A stretch of 64,000 nucleotides of DNA from Enhydrobacter sp. (GTDB lineage: Bacteria; Pseudomonadota; Alphaproteobacteria; Reyranellales; Reyranellaceae), in the NCBI RefSeq assembly GCF_030246845.1, contig NZ_CP126889.1:2586995-2650994 (forward strand), read 5' to 3'. Position 1 is the first letter of the stretch, and every line of letters begins with the position of its first letter. The position numbers and the translations under genes were made by a program. Shown in pieces: positions 51,949 to 61,232 of this stretch. The notes under the pieces were generated by a model. The model made no database searches. It was not told the DNA's origin and was given only the letters and a program-made list of their open reading frames with translations.

Positions 51949-53025
51949 ATGACGAAGCGGATCGGCATTCTCACGAGCGGCGGCGACTGCGCCGGCCTGA
52001 ACGCCACCATCCGGGCCGTGGCGCTGCGCGCCCATCACGGTTACGGCTGGCAGACGGTGGGCATCCAGCGCGGCACGCTCGGCCTGCTGTCGCGCCCGGT
52101 GGGCGCGATCCCACTCGATCCGAGCCGGCTGGATGCGGCCATTGCCCGCCAGGGCGGGACGTTCCTCGGCAGCACCAACTGGGGCAATCCCTTTGCCTTC
52201 CCGATGCCGGACGGCAGCGTGAAGGACAGGTCGGGCGAGATGGTGGAGGGGTTGCGCAGCCTCGAGCTGGACGGGCTGATCGGCGTCGGCGGCGACGGCA
52301 GCCTCGCCATCCTTCGGCGGCTGCTGGAGCCCGTCGACATTCATTTTATCGGCGTGCCCAAGACGATCGACAACGACGTGCACCGGACCGAGCGTGCGGT
52401 CGGCTACTCGACCGCCGTGGCGATCGCGACGGAAGCGCTCGACCGCCTCCATCCCACGGGCGCGAGCCACGACCGTGTCATGGTGCTGGAGGTGATGGGC
52501 CGCGATGCCGGTCACATCGCGCTGGCGGCGGGCATCGCCGGCGGCGCCGACGTGGTGCTGATCCCCGAGGTGCGCTGGCGGCTGCCGGTCGTCGTCGATC
52601 ACATCGCCACCCTGCGGCGCACGGCCCGCACATCGGCGCTGGTCGTCGTGGCGGAAGCGGCGGGCAGCTCCGAAGAAGGCCGACCGAAGGCCGAGACTAT
52701 CCCGGCCGAGGTGAGCGTCGGCGAATGGCTGGCCCACCGCCTGACCGCCGCGACAGGAGCGGAATCGCGCGCCACCGTGCTGGGCCACGTCCAACGCGGC
52801 GCCATGCCGACCGCCGAGGACCGCCTGCTTGCCTCGGCGCTCGGCGTGCGCGCGGTCGATCTCCTGGCCGCCGGCAAGGCCGACCGCATGGTGGCCTGGT
52901 GGAACCGCACCGTGATCGACGTGCCGCTGGAGAAGGTGGTCGGCCGCTCGCGCACGCTCGACATCGACGGCGCCATGATCCGCACCGCCCGCGCGCTCGG
53001 CATCTGCCTGGGCGACGGCGCCTAG
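51949..53025 (+). CDS. pfkA: 6-phosphofructokinase, probably ATP-dependent
   Basis: ILTSGGDCAGLN, GGDGS (Gly at the ATP/PPi discriminating position), PKTIDND, EVMGR and LGHVQRG motifs. Confidence 0.9.
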   Translation: MTKRIGILTSGGDCAGLNATIRAVALRAHHGYGWQTVGIQRGTLGLLSRPVGAIPLDPSRLDAAIARQGGTFLGSTNWGNPFAFPMPDGSVKDRSGEMVEGLRSLELDGLIGVGGDGSLAILRRLLEPVDIHFIGVPKTIDNDVHRTERAVGYSTAVAIATEALDRLHPTGASHDRVMVLEVMGRDAGHIALAAGIAGGADVVLIPEVRWRLPVVVDHIATLRRTARTSALVVVAEAAGSSEEGRPKAETIPAEVSVGEWLAHRLTAATGAESRATVLGHVQRGAMPTAEDRLLASALGVRAVDLLAAGKADRMVAWWNRTVIDVPLEKVVGRSRTLDIDGAMIRTARALGICLGDGA

Positions 53026-53909
53026 AGATCCGCGCGCGCGATCCAGAACACCTCGCCCTGGCTGAGCTCGGTGTCGAGCCAGACGAAAGGCAGTCGGGGG
53101 CAGGCGCGCTCCAGCGCCCCTCGGCCACGTCCGATCTCGCAGACGAGGCCACCGTTCTTCGTCAGGTGGCGATTCGCCTGGCCGAGGATGCGGCGCACCA
53201 GGTCCAGTCCATCGTCGCCGGCCACCAGGGCCATGCGCGGCTCGTGCCGGTACTCGGGCGACAGCCTCGCCATGCCGGCCGCATCGACATAGGGCGGGTT
53301 GCTGATGATCAGGTCGTAACGCTTGCCGCTCAGCGGCTGGAAAAGGTCGCCGCGATGCAGCGCGATGCGGTCCGCCAGGCGATGCTTGCCGACGTTGCGC
53401 CGGGCCAGCGCCAGCGCTCCGGCGGAAAGGTCGACGGCGTCGATGCGGGCGCGCGGGAAGGCCAGCGCCGCCAAGATCGCGAGGCAGCCCGAGCCCGTGC
53501 AGAGGTCGAGCACACGCCTCACGCGGCGCGGATCGGCGATGGGCAGGGCGGACCGGGCCAGAAGATCGCCGATGAAGGAGCGGGGAATGAGCGACCGCCG
53601 GTCGATCTGGAACCGCACGCCGTGCATATAGGCGGCGCCCAGCAGATAGGGCGCCGGCATGCGCAGGCTCACGCGCGCATCGATCAGCGTGAGAAGCCGC
53701 GCCCGCTCCGCCGCGGTCGGCCGGAGATCGAGCCAGGGTTCGATGTCGTGGATGGGCAATCGCAGCGCTTCGAGCACCAGGAAAGCCGCCTCGTCGACCG
53801 CGTTGGTGGTACCGTGACCATAGGCGAGGCGCGCGGCCCGAAAGCGCCGCACCGCCAAATGGAAGAAATCGCCCAAGGTGACGAGAGAAGATTTGGAGGC
53901 CGCGCGCAT
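53022..53909 (-). CDS. prmB: 50S ribosomal protein L3 N5-glutamine methyltransferase
   Basis: YGHGTTNAVDEA, LIPRSFIG, LDLCTGSGC and SNPPY motifs. Confidence 0.92.
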   Translation of the reverse strand: MRAASKSSLVTLGDFFHLAVRRFRAARLAYGHGTTNAVDEAAFLVLEALRLPIHDIEPWLDLRPTAAERARLLTLIDARVSLRMPAPYLLGAAYMHGVRFQIDRRSLIPRSFIGDLLARSALPIADPRRVRRVLDLCTGSGCLAILAALAFPRARIDAVDLSAGALALARRNVGKHRLADRIALHRGDLFQPLSGKRYDLIISNPPYVDAAGMARLSPEYRHEPRMALVAGDDGLDLVRRILGQANRHLTKNGGLVCEIGRGRGALERACPRLPFVWLDTELSQGEVFWIARADL

Positions 53910-53929
53910 GCCAGCCTAGATTAGCCGAC

Positions 53930-55066
53930 ATGGCAGGCGCACTCGACGGCTTGGTGGTTCTCGACCTGACGACGCATCTGTCGGGTCCCTTTTGCGGCAT
54001 GCAGCTCGGCGATCTCGGTGCCGACGTGATCAAGGTGGAGAGCCCGCAGGGTGATTCGATGCGCGGTGCGCCGCCCTTCGTCGAGGGCGAATCGGCGCCC
54101 TTCATGCTGTGGAACCGCAACAAGCGCGGCGTCCGCCTCGACCTCAAGGACGCGGCCGACCTCGAGATTTTCTGGGGCCTCGTCGACCAGGCCGACGTCA
54201 TGCTGGAGAATTTCCGGCCGGGCGTGATCGACAAGCTCGGCATCGGCTGGAAGGCGCTGCATGCGCGCAATCCCAGACTGGTGCTGGGCTCGATCTCGGG
54301 CTTCGGCCAGACCGGACCCTATGCCCGGCGCGGTGGCTTCGACCTCGTGATACAGGCCATGTCCGGCCTGATGTCGGTCACCGGGCCGAAGGACGGGCCG
54401 CCCTATCGCATTCCGCTCGCCATCTCCGACGTTGGCGCAGGGCTCTATCTCACGATTGCCGTGCTGGCGGCCCTGCAGGCTCGGCAGAAGACGGGGCAGG
54501 GCCAGTGGGTGGAGACGTCGCTCCTGGAGGCGACGGTGTCGCTCGGCGCCTACGAGGCGGCGAACTATTTCGCCACCGGCAAGCGGCCGGAGAAGCTCGG
54601 CCAGGGTCATCGCGGCTCGTCACCCTACCAGGTGTTCCAGACCGCGGACGGCTGGCTGACGATCGGTGCGGCACAGCAGAACTTCTTCCGCCGGCTTTGC
54701 GAGATGATCGGCAAACCCGACCTCGCCGACGATCCGCGCTTCAAGACCAATGCGCTGCGCGTCAGGAACAACGACGCGATCGTGGCGATCCTGCAGACGG
54801 AGCTTGCGAAGCGCACGACGGCCGAGTGGATGACGGCCCTCGAAGCGGAAGGCATTCCGGCCGGCCCGGTGCTGCACCATGACGAGGTCTTCGCCGACCC
54901 GCAGATGCTGGCCCGCGACATGGTCGTCGAGGTCGAGCATGCCAGGGCGGGCCGGCAGAAGACGCTCGGTGTGCCGATCAAGATGTCGGCGAGCAAAACC
55001 GGCGTCCGTCGCGCCGCGCCGACGCTGGGCCAGCACGACGGCGAGCTGAAGAAACGTCGGCGTTGA
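53930..55066 (+). CDS. CaiB/BaiF CoA-transferase
   Basis: LDGLVVLDL, LGDLGADVIKVE, NRNKRG and ENFRPG motifs. Confidence 0.92.
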   Translation: MAGALDGLVVLDLTTHLSGPFCGMQLGDLGADVIKVESPQGDSMRGAPPFVEGESAPFMLWNRNKRGVRLDLKDAADLEIFWGLVDQADVMLENFRPGVIDKLGIGWKALHARNPRLVLGSISGFGQTGPYARRGGFDLVIQAMSGLMSVTGPKDGPPYRIPLAISDVGAGLYLTIAVLAALQARQKTGQGQWVETSLLEATVSLGAYEAANYFATGKRPEKLGQGHRGSSPYQVFQTADGWLTIGAAQQNFFRRLCEMIGKPDLADDPRFKTNALRVRNNDAIVAILQTELAKRTTAEWMTALEAEGIPAGPVLHHDEVFADPQMLARDMVVEVEHARAGRQKTLGVPIKMSASKTGVRRAAPTLGQHDGELKKRRR

Positions 55067-55146
55067 GCCGCTCGAGGCGCCATTAACAAGAAACAGCGGT
55101 TGAGGGGGTGTCCTCCCGATCGGCCGCTTCGCATGCGCCGGCACTG

Positions 55147-55214
55147 CATGAGCGCAACTGGAGTTGCGCGCTCCGATGAGCGTTCGGAGGAGCGCGCCAC
55201 TCCCGTGGCGCAAT
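55147..55214. repeat. REP-like doublet, family A (two inverted copies)
   Basis: CATGAGCGCAACTGGAGTTGCGCGCTCC...GGAGCGCGCCACTCCCGTGGCGC. Confidence 0.75.
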
Positions 55215-55352
55215 CTTCGCGTTTCGTTCCCGAGGGTCGGCTTCGCCGGCGGCGAACTCAGTGGTGCAGTCTTCCTTTTCGTGGCTCTCGCGAGGGGCGA
55301 ACGCCGGACGGCACATCGCAAACGTGACCAGAGCCGCGCACTCGGTCGGGCA

Positions 55353-55721
55353 TCACCAGTGGCGCTGCCGGCGGTCGGGCACGCCGTCGCCGTTCTTGTC
55401 GCGGTCATAGCGATCCGGGACGCCGTCGTGATCGCGGTCGCGCGCGTGGTAGCGCGGCGGCGATGCCACCGGCACGGGCACGTAGCGCGTCCGGGTCACG
55501 ACCGGCGGCCGCGGCGTGTAGGGCGTGTAATAGTAGTTGGTGACCGGCGCCGGCCGGTAGTAGCGGGGCTGGCTGTAGTAGCTGCTCGAATAGTAGCCGC
55601 CGCTGTAGCCATTGTAGTAACCGGGGCTGCTGTAGCCGTAGCCCGTCGGATAGCCGGCCGCGACGCAGCCCGCCGTGGAAAGCCCGAGTGCCGCCGTGAT
55701 CAGCCAGATTGCCTTGCCCAT
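55353..55721 (-). CDS. Tyr/Gly/Pro-rich putative lipoprotein with C-terminal DxDxDG repeats
   Basis: GGAGG RBS, signal peptide ending LSTAG|C19, YY-rich segment, then DRDHDGVPDRYD and DKNGDGVPDR. Confidence 0.75.
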   Translation of the reverse strand: MGKAIWLITAALGLSTAGCVAAGYPTGYGYSSPGYYNGYSGGYYSSSYYSQPRYYRPAPVTNYYYTPYTPRPPVVTRTRYVPVPVASPPRYHARDRDHDGVPDRYDRDKNGDGVPDRRQRHW

Positions 55722-55846
55722 GTCGCCTCCGCGGGGGTCGCTGTCGAGAGACCTTCCCATCAGGCATCTACGGCGGCGACAATGGCGGGCGGGCGGCGCA
55801 ATCGGGTTATGTTGAAGGCAGCGCGTCCTGCCGACCGGCATTCGGC

Positions 55847-56107
55847 CTAGCCGTCGGATCGCCGATCCTGCCAGAAGCCGTAGTCGTAATGGTGGTGATG
55901 GTGATGATGCCACCGATGGGCGTAGCCGTACGGCCCATATCCATAATAGGATGGCCGGTACCCATAGTAGGACGACCGGTATCCATAGCCGTAGTAGGCT
56001 GGTCGGCCATAGTAGTAACTGTTGGGATAGCCGTAACCACCATAGTAGGCGCAGCCGGCCGTCGAGATCAGCAGGCCGGCGCCGATGACCAGCTTGAGCA
56101 TGCGCAT
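55847..56107 (-). CDS. Tyr/Gly-rich putative lipoprotein with a His7 tract
   Basis: GGGAGG RBS, signal peptide ending ISTAG|C19, 21 Tyr in the 67 residues after Cys, HRWHHHHHHH. Confidence 0.72.
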   Translation of the reverse strand: MRMLKLVIGAGLLISTAGCAYYGGYGYPNSYYYGRPAYYGYGYRSSYYGYRPSYYGYGPYGYAHRWHHHHHHHYDYGFWQDRRSDG

Positions 56108-56113
56108 GATCGC

Positions 56114-56147
56114 CTCCCTGGGCAGCCCGCATTCGGGCTCCAGGGAG
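56114..56147 (-). promoter_or_regulatory. Leader hairpin pairing the SD of the 55847-56107 gene
   Basis: Minus strand CTCCCTGG-AGCCCG-AATG-CGGGCT-GC-CCAGGGAG(G)-CGATC-ATG. Confidence 0.45.
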
Positions 56148-56226
56148 ATAACGAAACCGATGGTGGCGGCTCGGCGGCGTTACGAAGGTTTGATGAAGGC
56201 CGCGGGGCCGCGCCGACGACGCCGAT

Positions 56227-57750
56227 CTAGAGAGCGGCCGGTGCGGGTCCGCGCGTCGGCTTGGCGTTGCGCTTGGGCGGATGGGTGACGATCGATTTCA
56301 GCGCCGGCACCGACTTCTCGAGCTTCTTCAGGTTGGGCAGCGGGCGCCGAAGCTCCGGAATGCCGTTGAAGGCCTGCTCCATCGCGTGTGCGGCGCCCAG
56401 CACCTCGCCGTCGCCGCGGAAGCGGCCGATCACCTGGAGGCCGAAGGGCATCTTCTTGTGGTCGGTGCCGCAGGGCAGCGAGACCGCAGGATTGCTCGTC
56501 AGGGTGATCCAGTAGGTGGGCGCGAGCCAGTGGTAGTAGTTGCGCAGCTTCTTGCCTTCCAGTTCCTCGACATAGAGCTGCTTCCACGGGAACGGCGTCA
56601 CGCCGATCGTGGGCCCGAGCACGAGGTCGTAGTCCTTGTAGAGCTCCTGGAACATGCGGAAGATCCTGGTCTGCTCGCCATGGGCCCAGGCGAAGTCCGC
56701 GAGCGTCATCTTGGCGCCGATCTCGTAGTTGGCGCGGATGTTGGGGCCGAGCAGCGCCTTGTTCTTCTCGTAGGCCTCTCGGTAGCGCGCGACGAAGTTG
56801 ACGGCGCGGATGACGTCGAAGCAGCGGTCGGCCTCGCCGAAATCCATCGTCACCCGATCGACGCGGCGGAAGAGATGCTTCATCGCCTTAATTTTGGCGC
56901 GCATCGTGGCGCGGATGCCCTTCTCGACCGGCGTGCCGCCGAAGTCCTCCGTCCAGGCGACACGCAGGCTGCCGAGATCGACCGGCCACGGCTCGGCGAA
57001 GGCGGCGCCCTCGACCGGGAAGGACAGCGGATCCGTGTCGTGCTGGCCGATCTGCGTCGCGTAGAGCAGGCAGGTGTCGGCCACCGTGCGGCCCATCGGT
57101 CCCAGCACCGAGATCGGCGTCCAGCCCATGCCGCGGCGCTCGACCGCGACCATGCCAGGCGAGGGACGGAAGCCGACCACGCCGCAAAGCGCGGCCGGAA
57201 TGCGCAGCGAGCCGCCGGTGTCCGAGCCGGTGCAGACTGGCAGCATGTCGGTCGCCAGTGCCACCGCCGAGCCGCCCGACGATCCGCCGGGATTGAGCAT
57301 CGGATTGAAGGGATTGCCCGTCGCGCCCCAGACAGGGTTGCGGCTGTTGGCGCCGGCGCCGAACTCCGGAACGTTGGTCTTGCCGACCACCACCGCGCCC
57401 GCCGCGCGCACGCGCGCCACCATCACATTGTCCCAGGCCGGCACGAAATCGCGGTAGAGCGGCGAGCCGTAGGTGGTGAGAAGACCCTTGGTCTCCTCGA
57501 GATCCTTGATGCCCGTCGGCAAGCCGTGCAGCAGCGGCAGGTCCTCGCCGCGACGCACCGCCGCCTCGGCTGCCTTCGCTTCCTTGCGTGCGCGCTCCAC
57601 GCACATGGCGGTCACCGCATTGACTGCCGGATTGATTCTCCTGATGCGCCGGAGACTCGCTTCCAGCAATTCGACCGGCGAAATTTCCTTCGTCCCAATA
57701 CGCCGGCGCAGCTCCACCGCCGACAATGCAAGCAGCTCTTCGTTGGCCAT
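56227..57750 (-). CDS. Amidase signature family protein
   Basis: PLLHGLPTGIKD, GGSSGGS and GSDTGGSLRIPA motifs. Confidence 0.93.
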   Translation of the reverse strand: MANEELLALSAVELRRRIGTKEISPVELLEASLRRIRRINPAVNAVTAMCVERARKEAKAAEAAVRRGEDLPLLHGLPTGIKDLEETKGLLTTYGSPLYRDFVPAWDNVMVARVRAAGAVVVGKTNVPEFGAGANSRNPVWGATGNPFNPMLNPGGSSGGSAVALATDMLPVCTGSDTGGSLRIPAALCGVVGFRPSPGMVAVERRGMGWTPISVLGPMGRTVADTCLLYATQIGQHDTDPLSFPVEGAAFAEPWPVDLGSLRVAWTEDFGGTPVEKGIRATMRAKIKAMKHLFRRVDRVTMDFGEADRCFDVIRAVNFVARYREAYEKNKALLGPNIRANYEIGAKMTLADFAWAHGEQTRIFRMFQELYKDYDLVLGPTIGVTPFPWKQLYVEELEGKKLRNYYHWLAPTYWITLTSNPAVSLPCGTDHKKMPFGLQVIGRFRGDGEVLGAAHAMEQAFNGIPELRRPLPNLKKLEKSVPALKSIVTHPPKRNAKPTRGPAPAAL

Positions 57751-57830
57751 CGATCTCCCTTTCGTTGGCCGGACCTTAGCCCTTCCCGTCTCGCCGAGGG
57801 AAGGGCACGATGGCCGCGGAGGATAAGAGC

Positions 57831-58991
57831 ATGGCGCATGCGCTCCGCGACAAGGCCGCCATCAGCGGCATCGGTGAGACGGCTTACACGCGCGGCACGA
57901 CCAAGAGCGGGCTTGCCCTGCAGCTCGAGGCGAGCCTCAAGGCGATCGACGATGCGGGATTGAGCCCGCGCGACATCGACGGCGTCGTTCCTTATTTTCC
58001 CGGCGGCGGCATCGCCGAGGACTTCATCGCCAATCTCGGTCTGCCCGACCTCGCCGTGTCGGCATTCGTTCCGATGGGCGGCGCCAGCTGCGTGGCGGCG
58101 TTGCAGATGGCGGCGATGGCGGTCGCGACCGGCGTCTGCCGGAACGTGCTGATCTCCGTGGGCCGCACAGGCTATTCCGGCGCGCGTGTCAGCACGCGTC
58201 TGCAGCAGTTCCCGCAATTCGCGCTGGCGGCCGAGTTCGAGGCGCCGATCGGCATGTTCGCGCCGGCCCAGCTCTACGCCCAGGGCGCGCGCCGTCACAT
58301 GGAACTCTACGGTACCACGACGCGGCAGTTCGCCGAGGTCGCCGTGGTGACGCGCCGGCACGCGATCCTGAACGGCAATGTGGTGATGAACAAGCCGCTC
58401 ACCGTCGAGGAGCATCACGCCTCGCGCATGATCGCCGATCCGTTCCGGCTCTACGATTGCAGCCTGGAGAGCGACGGCGGCGCCGCCGTGGTCGTGAGCG
58501 CCAGCGATCGGGCGCGCGATCTGCGGCAGCGGCTGGTGACGATCTCGGGTGTGGCCGAGGGCCATCCCGAGTCGCCGGCGTCAATCGCCCAGCGTCCGGA
58601 CCTGCTGGAATTCGGCCTCGCCAAGGCCGCGCCGCGCGCTTTCGGCATGGCCGGTGTGGGGCCGAAGGACATCGACGTGGCCGAGATCTACGACTGCTTC
58701 ACCTTCACCGTCATCAACCAGCTCGAGCTGCTGGGCTTCTGCAAGAAGGGCGAGGGCGGGCCATTCGTGATGGACGGCCGCATTGCGTTGGGCGGCGAGC
58801 TGCCGATCAACACCCATGGCGGCCTTTTGAGCCAGGGCCATGTCGTCGGCCTCAACCACGTGGTCGAGCTCACGCGTCAGCTTCGGCACGCTGCCGGCAA
58901 GGCGCAGGTGAAGGATGCCGAGCTGGGGCTCGTCACCGGCTACGGCGACATGGGCGACGGCTCGGTCGCGATCCTGAGGAGGGCCGCATGA
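57831..58991 (+). CDS. Thiolase-superfamily protein (SCP-x/Ltp-like)
   Basis: AISGIGET, LYDCSLESDGGAA, AEIYDCF and NTHGGLLS motifs. Confidence 0.88.
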   Translation: MAHALRDKAAISGIGETAYTRGTTKSGLALQLEASLKAIDDAGLSPRDIDGVVPYFPGGGIAEDFIANLGLPDLAVSAFVPMGGASCVAALQMAAMAVATGVCRNVLISVGRTGYSGARVSTRLQQFPQFALAAEFEAPIGMFAPAQLYAQGARRHMELYGTTTRQFAEVAVVTRRHAILNGNVVMNKPLTVEEHHASRMIADPFRLYDCSLESDGGAAVVVSASDRARDLRQRLVTISGVAEGHPESPASIAQRPDLLEFGLAKAAPRAFGMAGVGPKDIDVAEIYDCFTFTVINQLELLGFCKKGEGGPFVMDGRIALGGELPINTHGGLLSQGHVVGLNHVVELTRQLRHAAGKAQVKDAELGLVTGYGDMGDGSVAILRRAA

Positions 58992-59419
58992 GCACCGTCT
59001 CCGCCGCGACTCCGCCAGTGCCTGAACGGCCGCTGCCGACGCCGACGCGCGACAGCCAGCCCTACTGGGATGGCCTGCGCGAGGGTCGGCTCATGCTCCA
59101 GCACTGCGCCGGATGTGGAAAGGTGCGGCACTATCCGCGCCCCGTCTGCCCGCACTGCTTTTCGATGGAGAGCCAATGGCGCCAGGCCCCGCTCGACGGC
59201 CGCATCCATAGCTGGACCGTCTGTCATCATCCGTTCAACTTCTTCTTCAAGTCGACGACGCCCTACACCATCGCGCTGGTCGACATGGCGGCCGGCGTCC
59301 GGATCAATGCACCCTTGCGTGGGATGGCGGAGAGCGCGCTGAAGATCGGCGCACCCGTGCGGCTGGCGTTCGAGCCGGTGAGCAAGGACGTGACCCTGCC
59401 CTATTTCGTCCCGGGCTGA
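58988..59419 (+). CDS. DUF35 Zn-ribbon/OB-fold protein
   Basis: QHCAGCG...PRPVCPHC followed by an OB-fold region; ATGA overlap with the thiolase-like gene. Confidence 0.9.
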   Translation: MSTVSAATPPVPERPLPTPTRDSQPYWDGLREGRLMLQHCAGCGKVRHYPRPVCPHCFSMESQWRQAPLDGRIHSWTVCHHPFNFFFKSTTPYTIALVDMAAGVRINAPLRGMAESALKIGAPVRLAFEPVSKDVTLPYFVPG

Positions 59420-59433
59420 TCGAATGTCATGTC

Positions 59434-59459
59434 ATTCCTCGCTAGGCTCGGGGTGACAT
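59434..59459. repeat. Degenerate REP family C half element
   Basis: TTCCTCGCTAGGCTCGGGGTGACA resembles TCCCTCGCTGCGCTCGGGATGACA. Confidence 0.5.
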
Positions 59460-59515
59460 CGTACGATGGTCACCGGCATGGACCGGCGCATCGCCTTGCG
59501 CCACCATGACGGTGC

Positions 59516-60397
59516 ATGCCCTCCGCCGCCTCCCGCCGCCCGTCGCCGATCGCCTGGCTGATCGCGCCGGCACTGCTGCTGTTCGTGCTCTTCTTCGTCC
59601 TGCCGTTCGCCATCATGGCGGCGATGTCGTTCTTCTCGTCGAACCCGATCGGCAACCCCCACGCCGTGATGACGACACGCCATTACGAGCGCTTTATCGT
59701 AGATTCGGCCGGCATCTTCCACGATGCGCTGTGGGAGACGCTGCGCATCGGCCTCGTCACGACCGTGGTTTCGCTCCTGATCGGCTATCCGCTGGCGCAC
59801 TGGATGGCCCGCATGCAGTCCCGGCTCGGCCATGCGCTGGCGCTGATGGCGGTGATCACGCCGCTGCTCACCGGCATCGTCGTGCGCACCTTCGCCTGGA
59901 TGACGATCCTGCAGGACAAGGGTGTCATCAACACGACGCTGATTGCCTGGGGCCTCATCCATAAACCCCTGCCGCTGATGTACAACGAGTTCGGCACGGT
60001 GGTGGCGCTGGTCCATATCTACGTGCCGTTCATGATGCTCACCCTGATCGGGGTCATCGGCCGCATCGACGAGCGGCTGGAGCAGGCGGCGCGCAGCCTG
60101 GGGGCGGGCCGCCTGCGGGCCTTCGTCGAAGTCACCTTGCCGCTCAGCCTGCCGGGCATCCTGGCCGGCTCGCTGCTCGTGTTCGCGCTCTCGATCAGCG
60201 CCTACGTGACGCCATCTCTGATGGGCGGGACGGCAGTGCTCACTCTGCCCATGCTGATCGCCCAGCAGGTCGGCACCAGCTTCAACCCGGGTTTCGCCGG
60301 CGCGCTGGGCGTGGTTCTGCTCAGCGTCTCGCTCGTGATCGTGATCGCCTACAACCGCATCCTGGCGCGGCTCGCCGGCGAGCAGGGGCTGGCATGA
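59516..60397 (+). CDS. ABC transporter permease (PotB-like)
   Basis: IGYPLA, VVRTFAW and EQAARSLGA EAA loop. Confidence 0.9.
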   Translation: MPSAASRRPSPIAWLIAPALLLFVLFFVLPFAIMAAMSFFSSNPIGNPHAVMTTRHYERFIVDSAGIFHDALWETLRIGLVTTVVSLLIGYPLAHWMARMQSRLGHALALMAVITPLLTGIVVRTFAWMTILQDKGVINTTLIAWGLIHKPLPLMYNEFGTVVALVHIYVPFMMLTLIGVIGRIDERLEQAARSLGAGRLRAFVEVTLPLSLPGILAGSLLVFALSISAYVTPSLMGGTAVLTLPMLIAQQVGTSFNPGFAGALGVVLLSVSLVIVIAYNRILARLAGEQGLA

Positions 60398-61209
60398 GCG
60401 CCGCCCTCAACAGACGGCCGTTCGATCTCGGCAAGGCGGCCTATCTCGGCCTCAATCTCCTGCTGCTGGCGTTCTTGCTGGTGCCGATCGCGATCATCCT
60501 GGTGTTCGCGCTCAACCCGACGCCCTACATCTCCTTCCCGCCCGTCGGCGTCACCCTGCACTGGTTCGACAAGTTCTTCGAGACCGGCGACTTCATGCGC
60601 TCGTTGTGGCTGTCGCTCTGGATCGCCGCCTGCGTGCTGGTGCTGTCGGTCGTGATCGGCGGGGCCTGCGCCCTAGCGCTGGCGCGCGGCCGGCTGCCGG
60701 GACAGGCGTTCCTCACCGCCTTCTTCATGTCGCCCTTGATGCTGCCCGCCATCCTGACCGGCCTGGCGCTGTTCCAGAGCTATCTGCTGGCCGGGATCGG
60801 CCGCCCGGTCTGGGGCCTGATCATGGCCCATACGCTGATCGCGGTGCCCTATGTGCTGCGCACGACGCTGGCCGTCCTGCACAATTTCGACCGCCGCATC
60901 GAGGAGGCGGCCTCGGTGCTGGGAGCGAGCCCAGCCCGCGTCTTCTTCGAGGTCACCCTGCCGCTCATCCAGCCAGGCGTGTTCGCGGGCGGCGTGTTCG
61001 CCTTCATCGTCTCGTTCGACCAGTTCCCGGTCTCGCTCTTCCTCGTCGTTCCCAAGGGCGAGACGCTGCCGGTGGTGCTGTTCAACTACATGAAATTCGA
61101 CCTCGACGGCGCGATCGCGGCGGCGTCGATGGTCTCCATCCTGCTGGCGCTTGCCGTCGTGCTGACGCTGGAAAGGCTGATCGGCCTCAAGGCCTACGTT
61201 AAACTCTGA
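60394..61209 (+). CDS. ABC transporter permease (PotC-like)
   Basis: EEAASVLGA and FIVSFDQF motifs. Confidence 0.9.
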   Translation: MSAALNRRPFDLGKAAYLGLNLLLLAFLLVPIAIILVFALNPTPYISFPPVGVTLHWFDKFFETGDFMRSLWLSLWIAACVLVLSVVIGGACALALARGRLPGQAFLTAFFMSPLMLPAILTGLALFQSYLLAGIGRPVWGLIMAHTLIAVPYVLRTTLAVLHNFDRRIEEAASVLGASPARVFFEVTLPLIQPGVFAGGVFAFIVSFDQFPVSLFLVVPKGETLPVVLFNYMKFDLDGAIAAASMVSILLALAVVLTLERLIGLKAYVKL

Positions 61210-61232
61210 TCGTCAAACAGGAGATTTCGACC

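Noticed and set aside
55780-56200. CtrA boxes upstream of the two lipoprotein genes (CCTTCA..AACC similarity)
   Set aside because: The match to TTAA-N7-TTAA is too weak to support.
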